From Candidatus Brocadiia bacterium (GTDB lineage Bacteria > Planctomycetota > Brocadiia > CAIUPP01), in the NCBI GenBank assembly GCA_050015075.1, contig JBEKCB010000001.1, positions 160,001-224,000 on the forward strand: DNA of 64,000 nucleotides, read 5' to 3'. The notes under the pieces were generated by a model. That model was not told the DNA's origin. It searched no databases and was given only the letters and a program-made list of their open reading frames with translations. Numbering within the stretch: the first letter of the stretch is position 1; the number at the start of each line of letters is the position of its first letter. Positions 8,735-17,462 of this stretch are shown one piece after another. Made by a program: the position numbers and the translations under genes.

Positions 8735-9220
8735 TCAGCCCTCCCACTGGCGGACGCGGATGTTCACCGTCTCGTCCTTCGCGCGCTCTTCGCTCATCAC
8801 CTGGAATCCCTTCGCCTTCAACTCGGTCATCACGCGGTTGTACACGAAGCACTGCGTCATGCGCTCGGTGAACCGTTCCGCGAACGCCCGGAGTTCGGCC
8901 TTCGTTTTGCCCATGCCCGAGGCGCAGACCACGCAGCGGCCGCGCGCGTCGCGCTTCACGCGGACCTCGACGCCCTCTTTGCCCTGCAGGACGATCTGCT
9001 GCTCCGTGCGGACGTTCTCGAGGACCTCGCTGTTCTTCACTTCGACCTCGACCGAGTTGCGAGCCGCGACTTTTTCCTCCTGCTCGGCCTCCGCGATCTC
9101 TTCCTTGGCCGCGGACCGGACGGTCAGCCCCAGCGCGACCGCCGCGCCGGCCGCGGCGGCGGAGATCGCCGTCCACCCGCCGCCGACGATCAGCGGCGTC
9201 AGGATCAATACTGCGCTCAT
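8735..9220 (-). CDS. DUF1257 (Ycf35)-like protein with hydrophobic N-terminus
   Basis: C-terminal Q..VY..V..EL...GF....E......I..RV..W pattern; AGGAGG RBS; lies between the AAA and DUF2997-like genes. Confidence 0.7.
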   Translation of the reverse strand: MSAVLILTPLIVGGGWTAISAAAAGAAVALGLTVRSAAKEEIAEAEQEEKVAARNSVEVEVKNSEVLENVRTEQQIVLQGKEGVEVRVKRDARGRCVVCASGMGKTKAELRAFAERFTERMTQCFVYNRVMTELKAKGFQVMSEERAKDETVNIRVRQWEG

Positions 9221-9270
9221 GGCTGCGCCTCCTAGTAAGACGAAACACCTGAAAAGGCAGCCCGATAATT

Positions 9271-9425
9271 CACCACCAAGACACCAAGGCACAAAGAGAC
9301 AACGGCTTCCACCACGGAATACACGGAGCACACCGAATGACTTTCCTAAACAGCTTCAGTGTCTTCCGTGTGTTCCGTGGTTGCAATATCAGTTGGCGTT
9401 TTGGGCGCCTTGGTGCCTTGGTGGT
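9271..9425. repeat. Nested inverted repeats: an 8-nt-unit element containing a 9-nt-unit element
   Basis: Outer caccaccaagacaccaaggcacaaag ... ttgggcgccttggtgccttggtggt; inner accacggaatacacggagcacaccgaa (9311) ... ttcagtgtcttccgtgtgttccgtggt (9381). Confidence 0.88.
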
Positions 9426-9436
9426 CCATGCGGCGT

Positions 9437-11122
9437 TCACATTTCCAGTTTCCGTTTTCCCTGCGCCGTCTCGATCCCGGCGGCGTCGGTCGTGGCGGGG
9501 CGGGCGCGGCCATCGGCCCAGCGGCGCAGCTCGGCGATGTCCTCGCTCATCGTCTTCGAGAGCGGCACGCTGGCGCGCAGGCTCTTCACCAGCGCCTCGG
9601 TCGTCAGGTCCTTCTTCTCGTAATAGACGTCGAAGAGCGCGCTGACGATGCTCTCCTCGATCTCCGCGCCGCTGAACCCGAGCGACGCGTCGGCCAGCTC
9701 GTCGAGGTCGAACTTCGCCGGGTCGCGTTTCCGTTTCAGGAGATGGATCGAGAAAATCTCCCGCCGCTCGGCCGCCGCGGGCAGGTCAATGAAGAAGATC
9801 TCGTCGAACCGGCCCTTGCGCAGCAGCTCCGGCGGCAACTGCGTCACGTCGTTGGCCGTCGCCACCACGAAGACCGGCGCGGTCTTTTCGGAGAGCCAGG
9901 TCAGGAACGTGCCGAACACGCGCGCCGAGGTGCCGCCGTCGGTCGAGCCGCCGCTGCCGCGCGACCCGCGGAAGGCCTTGTCAATCTCGTCCACCCACAG
10001 GATCGCCGGCGCGACCGACTCGGCGACGCGGATGGCGCGCCGCACGTTCTCCTCCGACGAGCCGACCAGGCTGCCGAAGACGCGGCCCACGTCGAACCGC
10101 AGCAGCGGCAGGCGCCAGAACTGGCTGACCGCCTTCGCGAGCAGGCTTTTGCCGCAGCCCTGAACGCCCAGGAGCAGAATGCCCTTCGGCGCGGCCAGCC
10201 CGAACGCCCGCGCCTCGTCGCGGAACGCGATCGAGCGTTTCTTCAGCCACTCCTTCAGCGCGTCCACCCCGCCGACCGTCCGCAGGTCCTCCGCCGAATC
10301 GTAGTACTCCAGCAGCCCGCTCTTGCGGATGACCTGCTTCTTCTCGCCGAAGATCACCTCCACGCACCGCTCGTCGAGCCCGCCGCGCATCACCAGCGTT
10401 TTGGCGAGCACGTTCTCCGCCTCGGCCAGCGTCAGGCCGAGGAGCGAATGGACGACCTTCTCGCGCCCGGCGGGCGTCAGACCCAGCTTGATCTTCGGGT
10501 TCCCCTTGACCTCCACGGCGATGCGGTCGAGCAGCTCGTGGAAATCCGGCGCGCGCGGCAGGTCGAAATCCACCACCGTCACGTCCTTCTCCAGCTCGGG
10601 CGGGATCTCCAGCATCGGCGAGACGAGCAGGATCGTCTTGTAGCTGTTCTTGAGGAACGCGGCGATCTCGCGCAGGCGGCGGATGACCGCCATGTTCGAG
10701 CGCGCCAGGAACGGGTGGAAGTCCTTGAAGATGTAGATCGCCGGGTCAAGCTGCTCGACGACGCGGTCGAGCGCGACGAGCGGGTCCTGCGTCGCGGTGT
10801 CGCGATGCTTCTGCGACTGGATCGAAGTGCCGCCCGGCACCAGCCCGGTGGTGATGGACCACTCGAAGATCTTCTTGTCGCGCTGCGCGGAGAGCGCCGT
10901 CACCTGCGCGAGCACGCGCCCTTCTTCCCAGGTGAGCACGTAGATCAGCGGATAGCGCGCGCGGATGAGCACGTCGAGTTCCGACAGCCGCGCCCGCACG
11001 CCTTCCGGGCGCTTGCCCTGAGCCGCATCGAAGGGCGCGGCCGGTCGGGCCGGCGCGGGCGGCGCGACGGAGGCCGGACGCGCCCTGGGCGCTTCAGCGG
11101 GCCTGGGCGCCTCGGGAGTCAT
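9437..11122 (-). CDS. AAA+ ATPase, Ycf46-like (degenerate N-terminal module plus active AAA domain)
   Basis: Walker A GVQGCGKS, Walker [26 protein letters not shown]; N-terminal [10 protein letters not shown] and IFKDFHPF. Confidence 0.9.
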   Translation of the reverse strand: MTPEAPRPAEAPRARPASVAPPAPARPAAPFDAAQGKRPEGVRARLSELDVLIRARYPLIYVLTWEEGRVLAQVTALSAQRDKKIFEWSITTGLVPGGTSIQSQKHRDTATQDPLVALDRVVEQLDPAIYIFKDFHPFLARSNMAVIRRLREIAAFLKNSYKTILLVSPMLEIPPELEKDVTVVDFDLPRAPDFHELLDRIAVEVKGNPKIKLGLTPAGREKVVHSLLGLTLAEAENVLAKTLVMRGGLDERCVEVIFGEKKQVIRKSGLLEYYDSAEDLRTVGGVDALKEWLKKRSIAFRDEARAFGLAAPKGILLLGVQGCGKSLLAKAVSQFWRLPLLRFDVGRVFGSLVGSSEENVRRAIRVAESVAPAILWVDEIDKAFRGSRGSGGSTDGGTSARVFGTFLTWLSEKTAPVFVVATANDVTQLPPELLRKGRFDEIFFIDLPAAAERREIFSIHLLKRKRDPAKFDLDELADASLGFSGAEIEESIVSALFDVYYEKKDLTTEALVKSLRASVPLSKTMSEDIAELRRWADGRARPATTDAAGIETAQGKRKLEM

Positions 11123-11288
11123 TTTTCGATTTCCCCTTTCTTCGCTTGACGAGCACCGGGTTGTTCGGATCGAGCGCCTGGCACACGTCCAGCATCGCCT
11201 CGTCCGCCTCGGCGATATACACCCGGCCGTCCGGGCGGATGCGGATTTCCAGGTCGCCGGGCCTGCGTTTGCCGGGTGCGCGGCTCAT
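11094..11288 (-). CDS. Small hypothetical protein (64 aa)
   Basis: ATGA overlap with the radical SAM stop and overlap with the AAA start; DLEIRIRPDGRVYI beta-hairpin-like segment. Confidence 0.7.
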   Translation of the reverse strand: MSRAPGKRRPGDLEIRIRPDGRVYIAEADEAMLDVCQALDPNNPVLVKRRKGKSKNDSRGAQAR

Positions 11289-12115
11289 TGGATCATCCTC
11301 AGATCGAGCGCCCGGGCGCGGTCGAACGCGGCCTTGAATTCGAGGTCCCGCAGGAACTCCGCCGGCGCGTTGCGCGCCTCCGGCGGCGGCATGTACTCGC
11401 CGCGCAGGCTCAATTTCACCTGCGGGATATTCTCCTTAAGCCACCGCAGCACCGGCTCCCGGCAGCACTCCGCGTGCCCGGGCAGCACCAGGTGCCGCAC
11501 GATCAGGTCGGCGGAGCCCTTCGCGAACAGCAGGTTGCGCCGGACCGTCTCGAGGTAGTCGTCCACCCCGAGCAGCTCTTTCGCGCACTTCGCGCTGCCG
11601 CACTTGAAATCGGCCAGGTAGACGTCCACGACGCCGTCGAGGAGCCGGCCGCATTCTTCGGAGAAATACATGTTCGAGTTCCAGACGACGCGCAGCTTCG
11701 AGCGGATCGGGGCGATCAGCTCGAGCAGAGCGCAGAGGCTGACGCTCGGCTCGCCGCCGAGGAAGTTCAACGTGCGCGCGCCCGCGCGGAGGCGTTCGAG
11801 GATGCGCGCGCGCGTCTTCGGCAAATCCATCTCGGCGACCTCCAGCGGCGCCTCGTTCCACTCGTTCACCAGGCAGAACTCGCAGCGCAGGTTGCAGCCG
11901 GTGAGGAACAGCATGTGCGACGGGATCAGCTCCGACTCCTCGTGGTAGTACAGCGCCTCGCGGAAGCAGTGAGCCGAGTCGCCCAGGCCGCAGAAGCCTT
12001 TCTCCCCGCGCGTCCGGTCCACGCGGCAGTCGCGCGGGCACAGGGTGCAGCGCTCCAGCATGCGCCGCGCCTCCTCCGCGTGCTTTTCGACTTCCGCATC
12101 CGCGATCCGCTTCAC
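11285..12115 (-). CDS. Radical SAM protein, PflX-like
   Basis: N-terminal CTLCPRDCRVDR...GFCG; CX3CX2C (CNLRCEFC); GGEP, WNSNMY, DVYLADFK, IVRHLVLPGH. Confidence 0.9.
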   Translation of the reverse strand: MKRIADAEVEKHAEEARRMLERCTLCPRDCRVDRTRGEKGFCGLGDSAHCFREALYYHEESELIPSHMLFLTGCNLRCEFCLVNEWNEAPLEVAEMDLPKTRARILERLRAGARTLNFLGGEPSVSLCALLELIAPIRSKLRVVWNSNMYFSEECGRLLDGVVDVYLADFKCGSAKCAKELLGVDDYLETVRRNLLFAKGSADLIVRHLVLPGHAECCREPVLRWLKENIPQVKLSLRGEYMPPPEARNAPAEFLRDLEFKAAFDRARALDLRMIQ

Positions 12116-12128
12116 GCCGCCTCTCCGA

Positions 12129-12794
12129 TCAGCCCAGGTCCTTGAAGCGCGCCTGCCGGGCGGGTTTGCCGCCGCTGGTGAACCCCTCGCGCAGTTTCCA
12201 GATCACCTTCAAGTAAAGATAGCCCACGCCCGCGCCGGCCACCCAGATCCACGTGATCGGGTGCGCAATCCCCAGGATCAGCCCGATCGCGACCAGAATC
12301 AGGACGACGTACTGCGCTTCCATCCCCCAGAAGAAGAAGAGGAACCGCTTCCGCCGAAACGCCAGCCCGAACGCGCCCAGGAATCCGTAGACGGCGCTGT
12401 CGGCCGAGCAGCCGATAAATTCCCTGCCCGCCACGAGCGAAACCGCCATCCAGATCAGCGCGCACGAGATGCCCGCCAGGAACCAGAGCGCGACGACCGA
12501 GCGCGTCCGCCATTCCCGCTCCAGCGCGCTCCCGATGATCAGCACGCAGGAGCAGTTCCACACCAGCGACCAGCCGCTCGGGTCCACGAACAGATACGTC
12601 ACCAGTTGCCAGATGCGCCCGTGAAGGACGCCGGTCGGATTCAGCGCGAGCTGCCCCAGCGCAAAATCGCTCCAGTGGACGGATACGGCGTAGCCGGCGA
12701 TCATCAGCAGAATGAACGTCACGCCCGCGCGGGTGAAATACATGGCCGGCGACTGGATGGTGATCTCGTAATGCTGTTCCTGGCCGTAAGGCAT
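12129..12794 (-). CDS. Rhomboid-like membrane protein, possibly catalytically inactive
   Basis: GRIWQLVTYLF, IGSALEREW, IGCSADSAVYG; the TM6 AHxGG histidine is not seen. Confidence 0.75.
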   Translation of the reverse strand: MPYGQEQHYEITIQSPAMYFTRAGVTFILLMIAGYAVSVHWSDFALGQLALNPTGVLHGRIWQLVTYLFVDPSGWSLVWNCSCVLIIGSALEREWRTRSVVALWFLAGISCALIWMAVSLVAGREFIGCSADSAVYGFLGAFGLAFRRKRFLFFFWGMEAQYVVLILVAIGLILGIAHPITWIWVAGAGVGYLYLKVIWKLREGFTSGGKPARQARFKDLG

Positions 12795-12837
12795 TTCAAG
12801 CCCTCCCGCAGAAAGCCTTGGACCACGGCGCCGGCTA

Positions 12838-12866
12838 ATTCTAGGCCCGCTCGCGAGGAGTGTCAA
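12838..12866 (-). promoter_or_regulatory. Near-consensus sigma70 promoter heading the rhomboid-to-pilT operon
   Basis: Minus strand TTGACA-17 nt-TAGAAT, 44 nt upstream of the rhomboid ATG. Confidence 0.8.
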
Positions 12867-12908
12867 GCCGCCGCATGGAGAGAAGGCGTCCGCGCAGCGA
12901 CTCCCTGA

Positions 12909-12993
12909 ATCGTCCTCGTCCTCGCTCTCGTCCTCGTCCTCGATTGGCATCTCCGAACGGACGGCCGAGGACGAGGACGAGGACGAGTACGAT
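12909..12993. repeat. Inverted repeat with 6-nt periodic arms (GTCCTC / GAGGAC)
   Basis: atcgtcctcgtcctcgctctcgtcctcgtcctcg ... cgaggacgaggacgaggacgagtacgat. Confidence 0.85.
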
Positions 12994-13035
12994 ACTGATC
13001 TCGGCGCATGCGACCCGGGACACCCGACGCGCTTT

Positions 13036-14805
13036 TCAGACGCGAGTGTCCAGCCGTTGCACCGGCGCCGGTTGGGCCGCCTCGCGGATGACGATCGTCC
13101 GCGCCGCCATGTCGCCCACGCGCTGCCGGTTCGCCGTGCACGCGATCACCAGCGCACCGAAGCTGAAATTCAGGAAGCCGTCCGCGAACAGGAAACCGTC
13201 CACGATCAGCAGCAGGGTCCTGAGCAGCGCCCGCCCGAAGCCGCAGGGCGCCAGTTCCATGCCGATCACGCGGATGCCCATCGCCCACTTGCCCGGCGTC
13301 CGGCCCCATCGCCCAAGGGTGTAGCAGAAAATGAGAAACCCCGCGACCGCCCACAGCGCCCCGCCGAAAAGCAGCGGCGTCAGGTAAGTCACCCCGCGCG
13401 GGTCCGGCTGGTCCTCGATCCCCGGCAGAATCCAGAACAGGCCGAACATGCCCGCGACCAGCGGGCCGAGGACCAGCGTCGCATCCAGGAACAGCGCCAG
13501 TGCCCGGCGCGTGAGCGACGCGCACGGCGCCGACCAGCCCTGCCCTGAGCTTCCGGCCGAAGGGACCTGCCCTGGGTTCCCGGCCGAAGGGGCCGGCCCG
13601 GAAAAACTGTCCGTCCGGTAAATCTTCATGAGGCCGGAAAGGACGAACGCCAGCGCCAGCGAGAGCACGCCGGATGCCACCGTCGGAAGTATCCCCAGCA
13701 ACGCCCGAACGCGGTCGGCCGGATTCATGTCGCCGTACCGCCGCGCCGAAACCACCTTCTCGTCCTCGAGGTGGACGACGTTCACCGTCCATTGAAGCGC
13801 CTGGTACACCACGCGGCAGCCGCGGGCGGCGTCCGACGCCGCGCCCAGCGTGCGCAGCGGGAACGGCGAGATGCGCGAAAAGCTCGGCTTCCACGATGCC
13901 GCGGGTTTCCCGGCTGAACCGGCCGCCGCGCTCCCGGCCGCCGGTCCTTCAGCCTCGTAGCGCGCCAAGCCGACGATCTCCACGGAAATGCGGTCCTTCT
14001 CCGCCTTGAAGGTGAACGCCTCGGGCCGGCCTTCGTTCTCCGCCACCGCCCACAAGTCGCCGACTGGACCGACCGTCTCCCAATCGGCCGGGAAGCGCGC
14101 GTCTTTCCCGGGGAATCCCGCATGGCAATACAGCGTGTCGCCCTTCGGGCAGAAGACGTAGGGCTGCGCGCCGATCTCCAGCACCTTCAACCCTCTCGCC
14201 GCGGGCGCGTCCTTCGGGTCGCCGAAGAACAACTGCGCCTTCTCGACCCACTGCCCGTTCTCCAGCGCCATCGCGCGGCGCTCGCCGGGCGCCTCCTGCA
14301 CGGCCGCCGGCAACCCGTCGAGCAGGAACGGCTGCGATGCGGATTCGGTGAGCTGCTTCGCCGGGACCTGCTCAGCCGTTTTTCCGTCGTAGTGCGACAC
14401 GCCGTCGCTGGCGAAGATCCACAGCGTGTCGCCCTGCGCCAGGAGCCAGGCCGCGCCCGGCGCGAGCATGAGCACCGTCTTCGGCCCTTGCTCGGTCAAC
14501 TGGACCAGTTGGTTATTCCCGCGGTTCTCGGGACTTTCGAACCCGCTCGTGATTTCGCTGGTCACGTACCAGAGGTCGCCGCGCCAGACGGCTGCGCTCT
14601 CGGCGTGGACGTTCTCCAGCCGCACGCCCCATCGCGGTTCGCCGGCGGAGGGAAACTGGCTGGTCAGCCAGAGCCACAGCAGCGCCTGCAGCGCTACGAC
14701 CGCCGTCGCGGCCAGGGCGGCCAGGAGGAAGAAATTCCTGCGCGCCTTCGGCGATTTGAATCCCGGCGGCGGCGCGACGCCCGGCGGTGGAACCGATCCT
14801 TCCAA
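13036..14805 (-). CDS. RDD family membrane protein with a large extracytoplasmic domain
   Basis: C-terminal RRALALFLD...GRTPGKWAMGIRV...RQRVGDMAARTIV; N-terminal TM and beta-rich domain; start uncertain. Confidence 0.85.
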   Translation of the reverse strand: MEGSVPPPGVAPPPGFKSPKARRNFFLLAALAATAVVALQALLWLWLTSQFPSAGEPRWGVRLENVHAESAAVWRGDLWYVTSEITSGFESPENRGNNQLVQLTEQGPKTVLMLAPGAAWLLAQGDTLWIFASDGVSHYDGKTAEQVPAKQLTESASQPFLLDGLPAAVQEAPGERRAMALENGQWVEKAQLFFGDPKDAPAARGLKVLEIGAQPYVFCPKGDTLYCHAGFPGKDARFPADWETVGPVGDLWAVAENEGRPEAFTFKAEKDRISVEIVGLARYEAEGPAAGSAAAGSAGKPAASWKPSFSRISPFPLRTLGAASDAARGCRVVYQALQWTVNVVHLEDEKVVSARRYGDMNPADRVRALLGILPTVASGVLSLALAFVLSGLMKIYRTDSFSGPAPSAGNPGQVPSAGSSGQGWSAPCASLTRRALALFLDATLVLGPLVAGMFGLFWILPGIEDQPDPRGVTYLTPLLFGGALWAVAGFLIFCYTLGRWGRTPGKWAMGIRVIGMELAPCGFGRALLRTLLLIVDGFLFADGFLNFSFGALVIACTANRQRVGDMAARTIVIREAAQPAPVQRLDTRV

Positions 14806-14850
14806 CTTTTTGACCCTTAGACTCTTAGACTTTCGGACTCTTGGAACTTG
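14806..14850. repeat. Single-arm 8-nt tandem repeat (CTTAGACT-like)
   Basis: ttttgacc-cttagact-cttagact-ttcggact-cttggaac. Confidence 0.7.
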
Positions 14851-14866
14851 CAGACCGGCTCAGCGC

Positions 14867-15925
14867 CTACAGCGGCAGCCCGATGCTCTGCCCTGACTGA
14901 GCGCTGCGGAGGACGGCCTCGGTGAACTCCATGTACCGCACGCCGTCCTCGAACGTCGTGCGCGTCACGGGCTGCTCGCCGCGGATCGCGCGGACGAATT
15001 CCTCCTCGACGCGCCATCCGTCGCCCTGGACCGCCGGCAGCTCGATCTCCTTCAGCGCCGCATCGCCGCGCCGGCCGCCGCAGAGCTTCCGCGAGGCCGC
15101 GTCAAACCGCAGCGTTCCCTCGCTCCCGAACAGCCAGGCCTCGTCCGGCGGCGGCAGCCCGGTCACCGCGCTGATGCGCAGGTGCGCCGCCGCGCCGCAG
15201 GCCATCATCGCCAGCGCGTCCACGTGGTCGGGCACCGTCACCGCGCGCATCAGCCCGTCCGCGCCCTTGCGCCGGTGCACGAAGACCTTCGCCATCGCCG
15301 TCACGCGCGTCGCCGGGCCCACCCAGCGCATCAGCGCCTCGTACCAGATCCCGAGCGTCAGCGTATTGAACCCGCTCAGCTCCGCGTCCTGCCGCCAGTG
15401 CAGCGGGCTCTCGCGGTCCACGAAATTCCGCTGGAGCGCGCGGACCTCCACCGCCAGCACGTCGCCCAGGAACCCCTCCGCGATCAGCTTCTGGATCGTG
15501 CCGTCGGCGGTCAGCGTCATCGGCGCGGGCACGAGCTGCGCCACCAGGTGCGGCCGGCGGCGCGCGCCCTCGAGCATGCCGTGCGCCTCGCCCGCGTTCA
15601 TCGCCATCCGCGCCTCGCAGAGCACGTGCTTGTTGCACTCGAACGCCTCGAGCATCACCTGGCAGTGCATCACCGGCCAGGTGCCGATGATGATGGCGTC
15701 CGTGTCGTCGGCGTCCACCAGCTCGGTCCAATGGTCGTAGACCTTCGGGATGCCGAACTCGGCCGCGACGCGCTCGGCCGACTCGCGCGTCCGGTTCGCC
15801 ACGCTGACGATCTCGACGCCGGGAATCGCCTTCAGCCCCGGCAGGTGCCGCAGCCGCGTATTCGCCCCGGCGCCGACGATCCCGACGCGGATGGTCTCCA
15901 CCGACGACTTCCCGCTTCTCTTCAT
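14867..15925 (-). CDS. Gfo/Idh/MocA family oxidoreductase
   Basis: IRVGIVGAG, KHVLCEARMA. Confidence 0.9.
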   Translation of the reverse strand: MKRSGKSSVETIRVGIVGAGANTRLRHLPGLKAIPGVEIVSVANRTRESAERVAAEFGIPKVYDHWTELVDADDTDAIIIGTWPVMHCQVMLEAFECNKHVLCEARMAMNAGEAHGMLEGARRRPHLVAQLVPAPMTLTADGTIQKLIAEGFLGDVLAVEVRALQRNFVDRESPLHWRQDAELSGFNTLTLGIWYEALMRWVGPATRVTAMAKVFVHRRKGADGLMRAVTVPDHVDALAMMACGAAAHLRISAVTGLPPPDEAWLFGSEGTLRFDAASRKLCGGRRGDAALKEIELPAVQGDGWRVEEEFVRAIRGEQPVTRTTFEDGVRYMEFTEAVLRSAQSGQSIGLPL

Positions 15926-16054
15926 GCGCTCGCCTTTCAATGGGACACACCGATTCTATCAAGTCCGAGTCCGCCGCGAAACCGGAATGGCCGACCTCGC
16001 TTGACACGCGCCGCGCGAACGTGTTCTGCTATGGAAACCAACGACGTCATTCAA

Positions 16055-16139
16055 AACCACGGAAGACGCGGAAAACACGGAAATGGCTGCACTAAACTTG
16101 ACATCTGCTTTTTTCGTGTGCTCCGTGTCTTCCGTGGTT
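16055..16139. repeat. Inverted repeat with 9-nt periodic arms (CACGGAA-type)
   Basis: aaccacggaagacgcggaaaacacggaaa ... ttttcgtgtgctccgtgtcttccgtggtt. Confidence 0.85.
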
Positions 16140-16180
16140 AAAAACTCCGCTGTTTTTGTTGCACGGAAGTCAGTAGTACC

Positions 16181-16840
16181 ATGGTCCGAGTGAAGATCTG
16201 CGGCATCACGGACGTCCACGACGCGCGGCTGGCGGCGCGGCTCGGCGCCGACGCGCTCGGGTTCAATTTCTGCCCGCAGAGCCCGCGGTACATCCGCCCC
16301 GAACGGGCGAAGGCCATCGTCGCCGTCCTGCCGCCGCTGCTGACGACCGTCGGCGTCTTCGTCAACGAACGGCCGGAGACGGTGATGGAAATTTGCCGCA
16401 AGGTCGGACTCGACGCCGCGCAGCTCCACGGCGACGAGCCGCCGCTGGCGGTGGACGCCGTGCAGGGCGTGCGCCGCATCAAGGCCATCCGCGTCGCGTC
16501 CGAGGCGGACATCGTCCTCTGCCGACGCTACCGCGTCGAGGCGTTCCTGCTGGATGCCTACGATCCGGGCCGGCGCGGCGGCACGGGCCGGACGTTCGAC
16601 TGGAAGCTTGCGCGCGCGGCGGCGCAGTTCGGCCCGATCATCCTCGCCGGCGGCCTCACGCCCGAGAACATCGAGGAAGCCATCGCCGCCGCAGCGCCGT
16701 ACGGAGTGGACGTCGCCTCCGGCATCGAGTCCGAGCCGGGCCGCAAAGACCGGGTCCTCATGGCGAACTTCATCTACCGCGCCAAGACCGCAGGCCTTCG
16801 GCTGGCCGAGGGCGGCGAGAGACCCGAGCGCCCGGAATGA
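16181..16840 (+). CDS. trpF: Phosphoribosylanthranilate isomerase
   Basis: VKICGIT, VGVFVN, QLHGDE, GGTGRTFDW, LAGGLTPENI, GVDVASGIE. Confidence 0.96.
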   Translation: MVRVKICGITDVHDARLAARLGADALGFNFCPQSPRYIRPERAKAIVAVLPPLLTTVGVFVNERPETVMEICRKVGLDAAQLHGDEPPLAVDAVQGVRRIKAIRVASEADIVLCRRYRVEAFLLDAYDPGRRGGTGRTFDWKLARAAAQFGPIILAGGLTPENIEEAIAAAAPYGVDVASGIESEPGRKDRVLMANFIYRAKTAGLRLAEGGERPERPE

Positions 16841-17000
16841 CGCATCGCGCGATTTCGCGCTGCCGCCCGCCAAAACGCAGCCCCGCCTAACCTGCTGCCG
16901 CACAGCGTGTTACGCTCGGACAAAACTCCGCCTGCCGCGGCATATTGTATACTTTCCTTAGAAGATACTTTCGGTGGGCAACAATCAGGAGGGCACAAAA

Positions 17001-17366
17001 ATGATTACCACAATGGTGAACGAGGTGAAGAAGTTTACGGCTCCGGACGAAGTGCGCACGGTCCCGAACGGGCGGGTGGAGTTGCTGCACTTCGGCGATC
17101 ACGTCATCGCCAAGATCGTCCTTCAGCCGGGATGGCGCTGGTCGAAGGACGTCAAGCCGATCGCCAAGACGGAATGGTGCGAGGCGCCGCACTTCCAGTA
17201 CGCCATTTCCGGCCGGTTGCATTTCCTCAGCTCCGACAAGCGCTCGTTCGACTTCGCCGCGGGCGATGTCCTCTGCGTGGGCGGCGGCCATGACGCATGG
17301 GTGGTCGGCAACGAGCCGTTCGTGGCGGTAGACTGGGCGGGCATGGCGGAGTACGCGAAGGAGTGA
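17001..17366 (+). CDS. Cupin domain protein
   Basis: QPGWRWSKDVKP, CEAPH...SGRL, GHDAWVVG; AGGAGG RBS. Confidence 0.88.
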   Translation: MITTMVNEVKKFTAPDEVRTVPNGRVELLHFGDHVIAKIVLQPGWRWSKDVKPIAKTEWCEAPHFQYAISGRLHFLSSDKRSFDFAAGDVLCVGGGHDAWVVGNEPFVAVDWAGMAEYAKE

Positions 17367-17462
17367 TCGGTTTCATGAACCGGCCGGCGCCAAAGCTGGA
17401 ATCAACCAGCTTCGACCGCCGGCCGCGTCATTGAAGGTCGTCTATCGGCACTCGCAGAAGGA

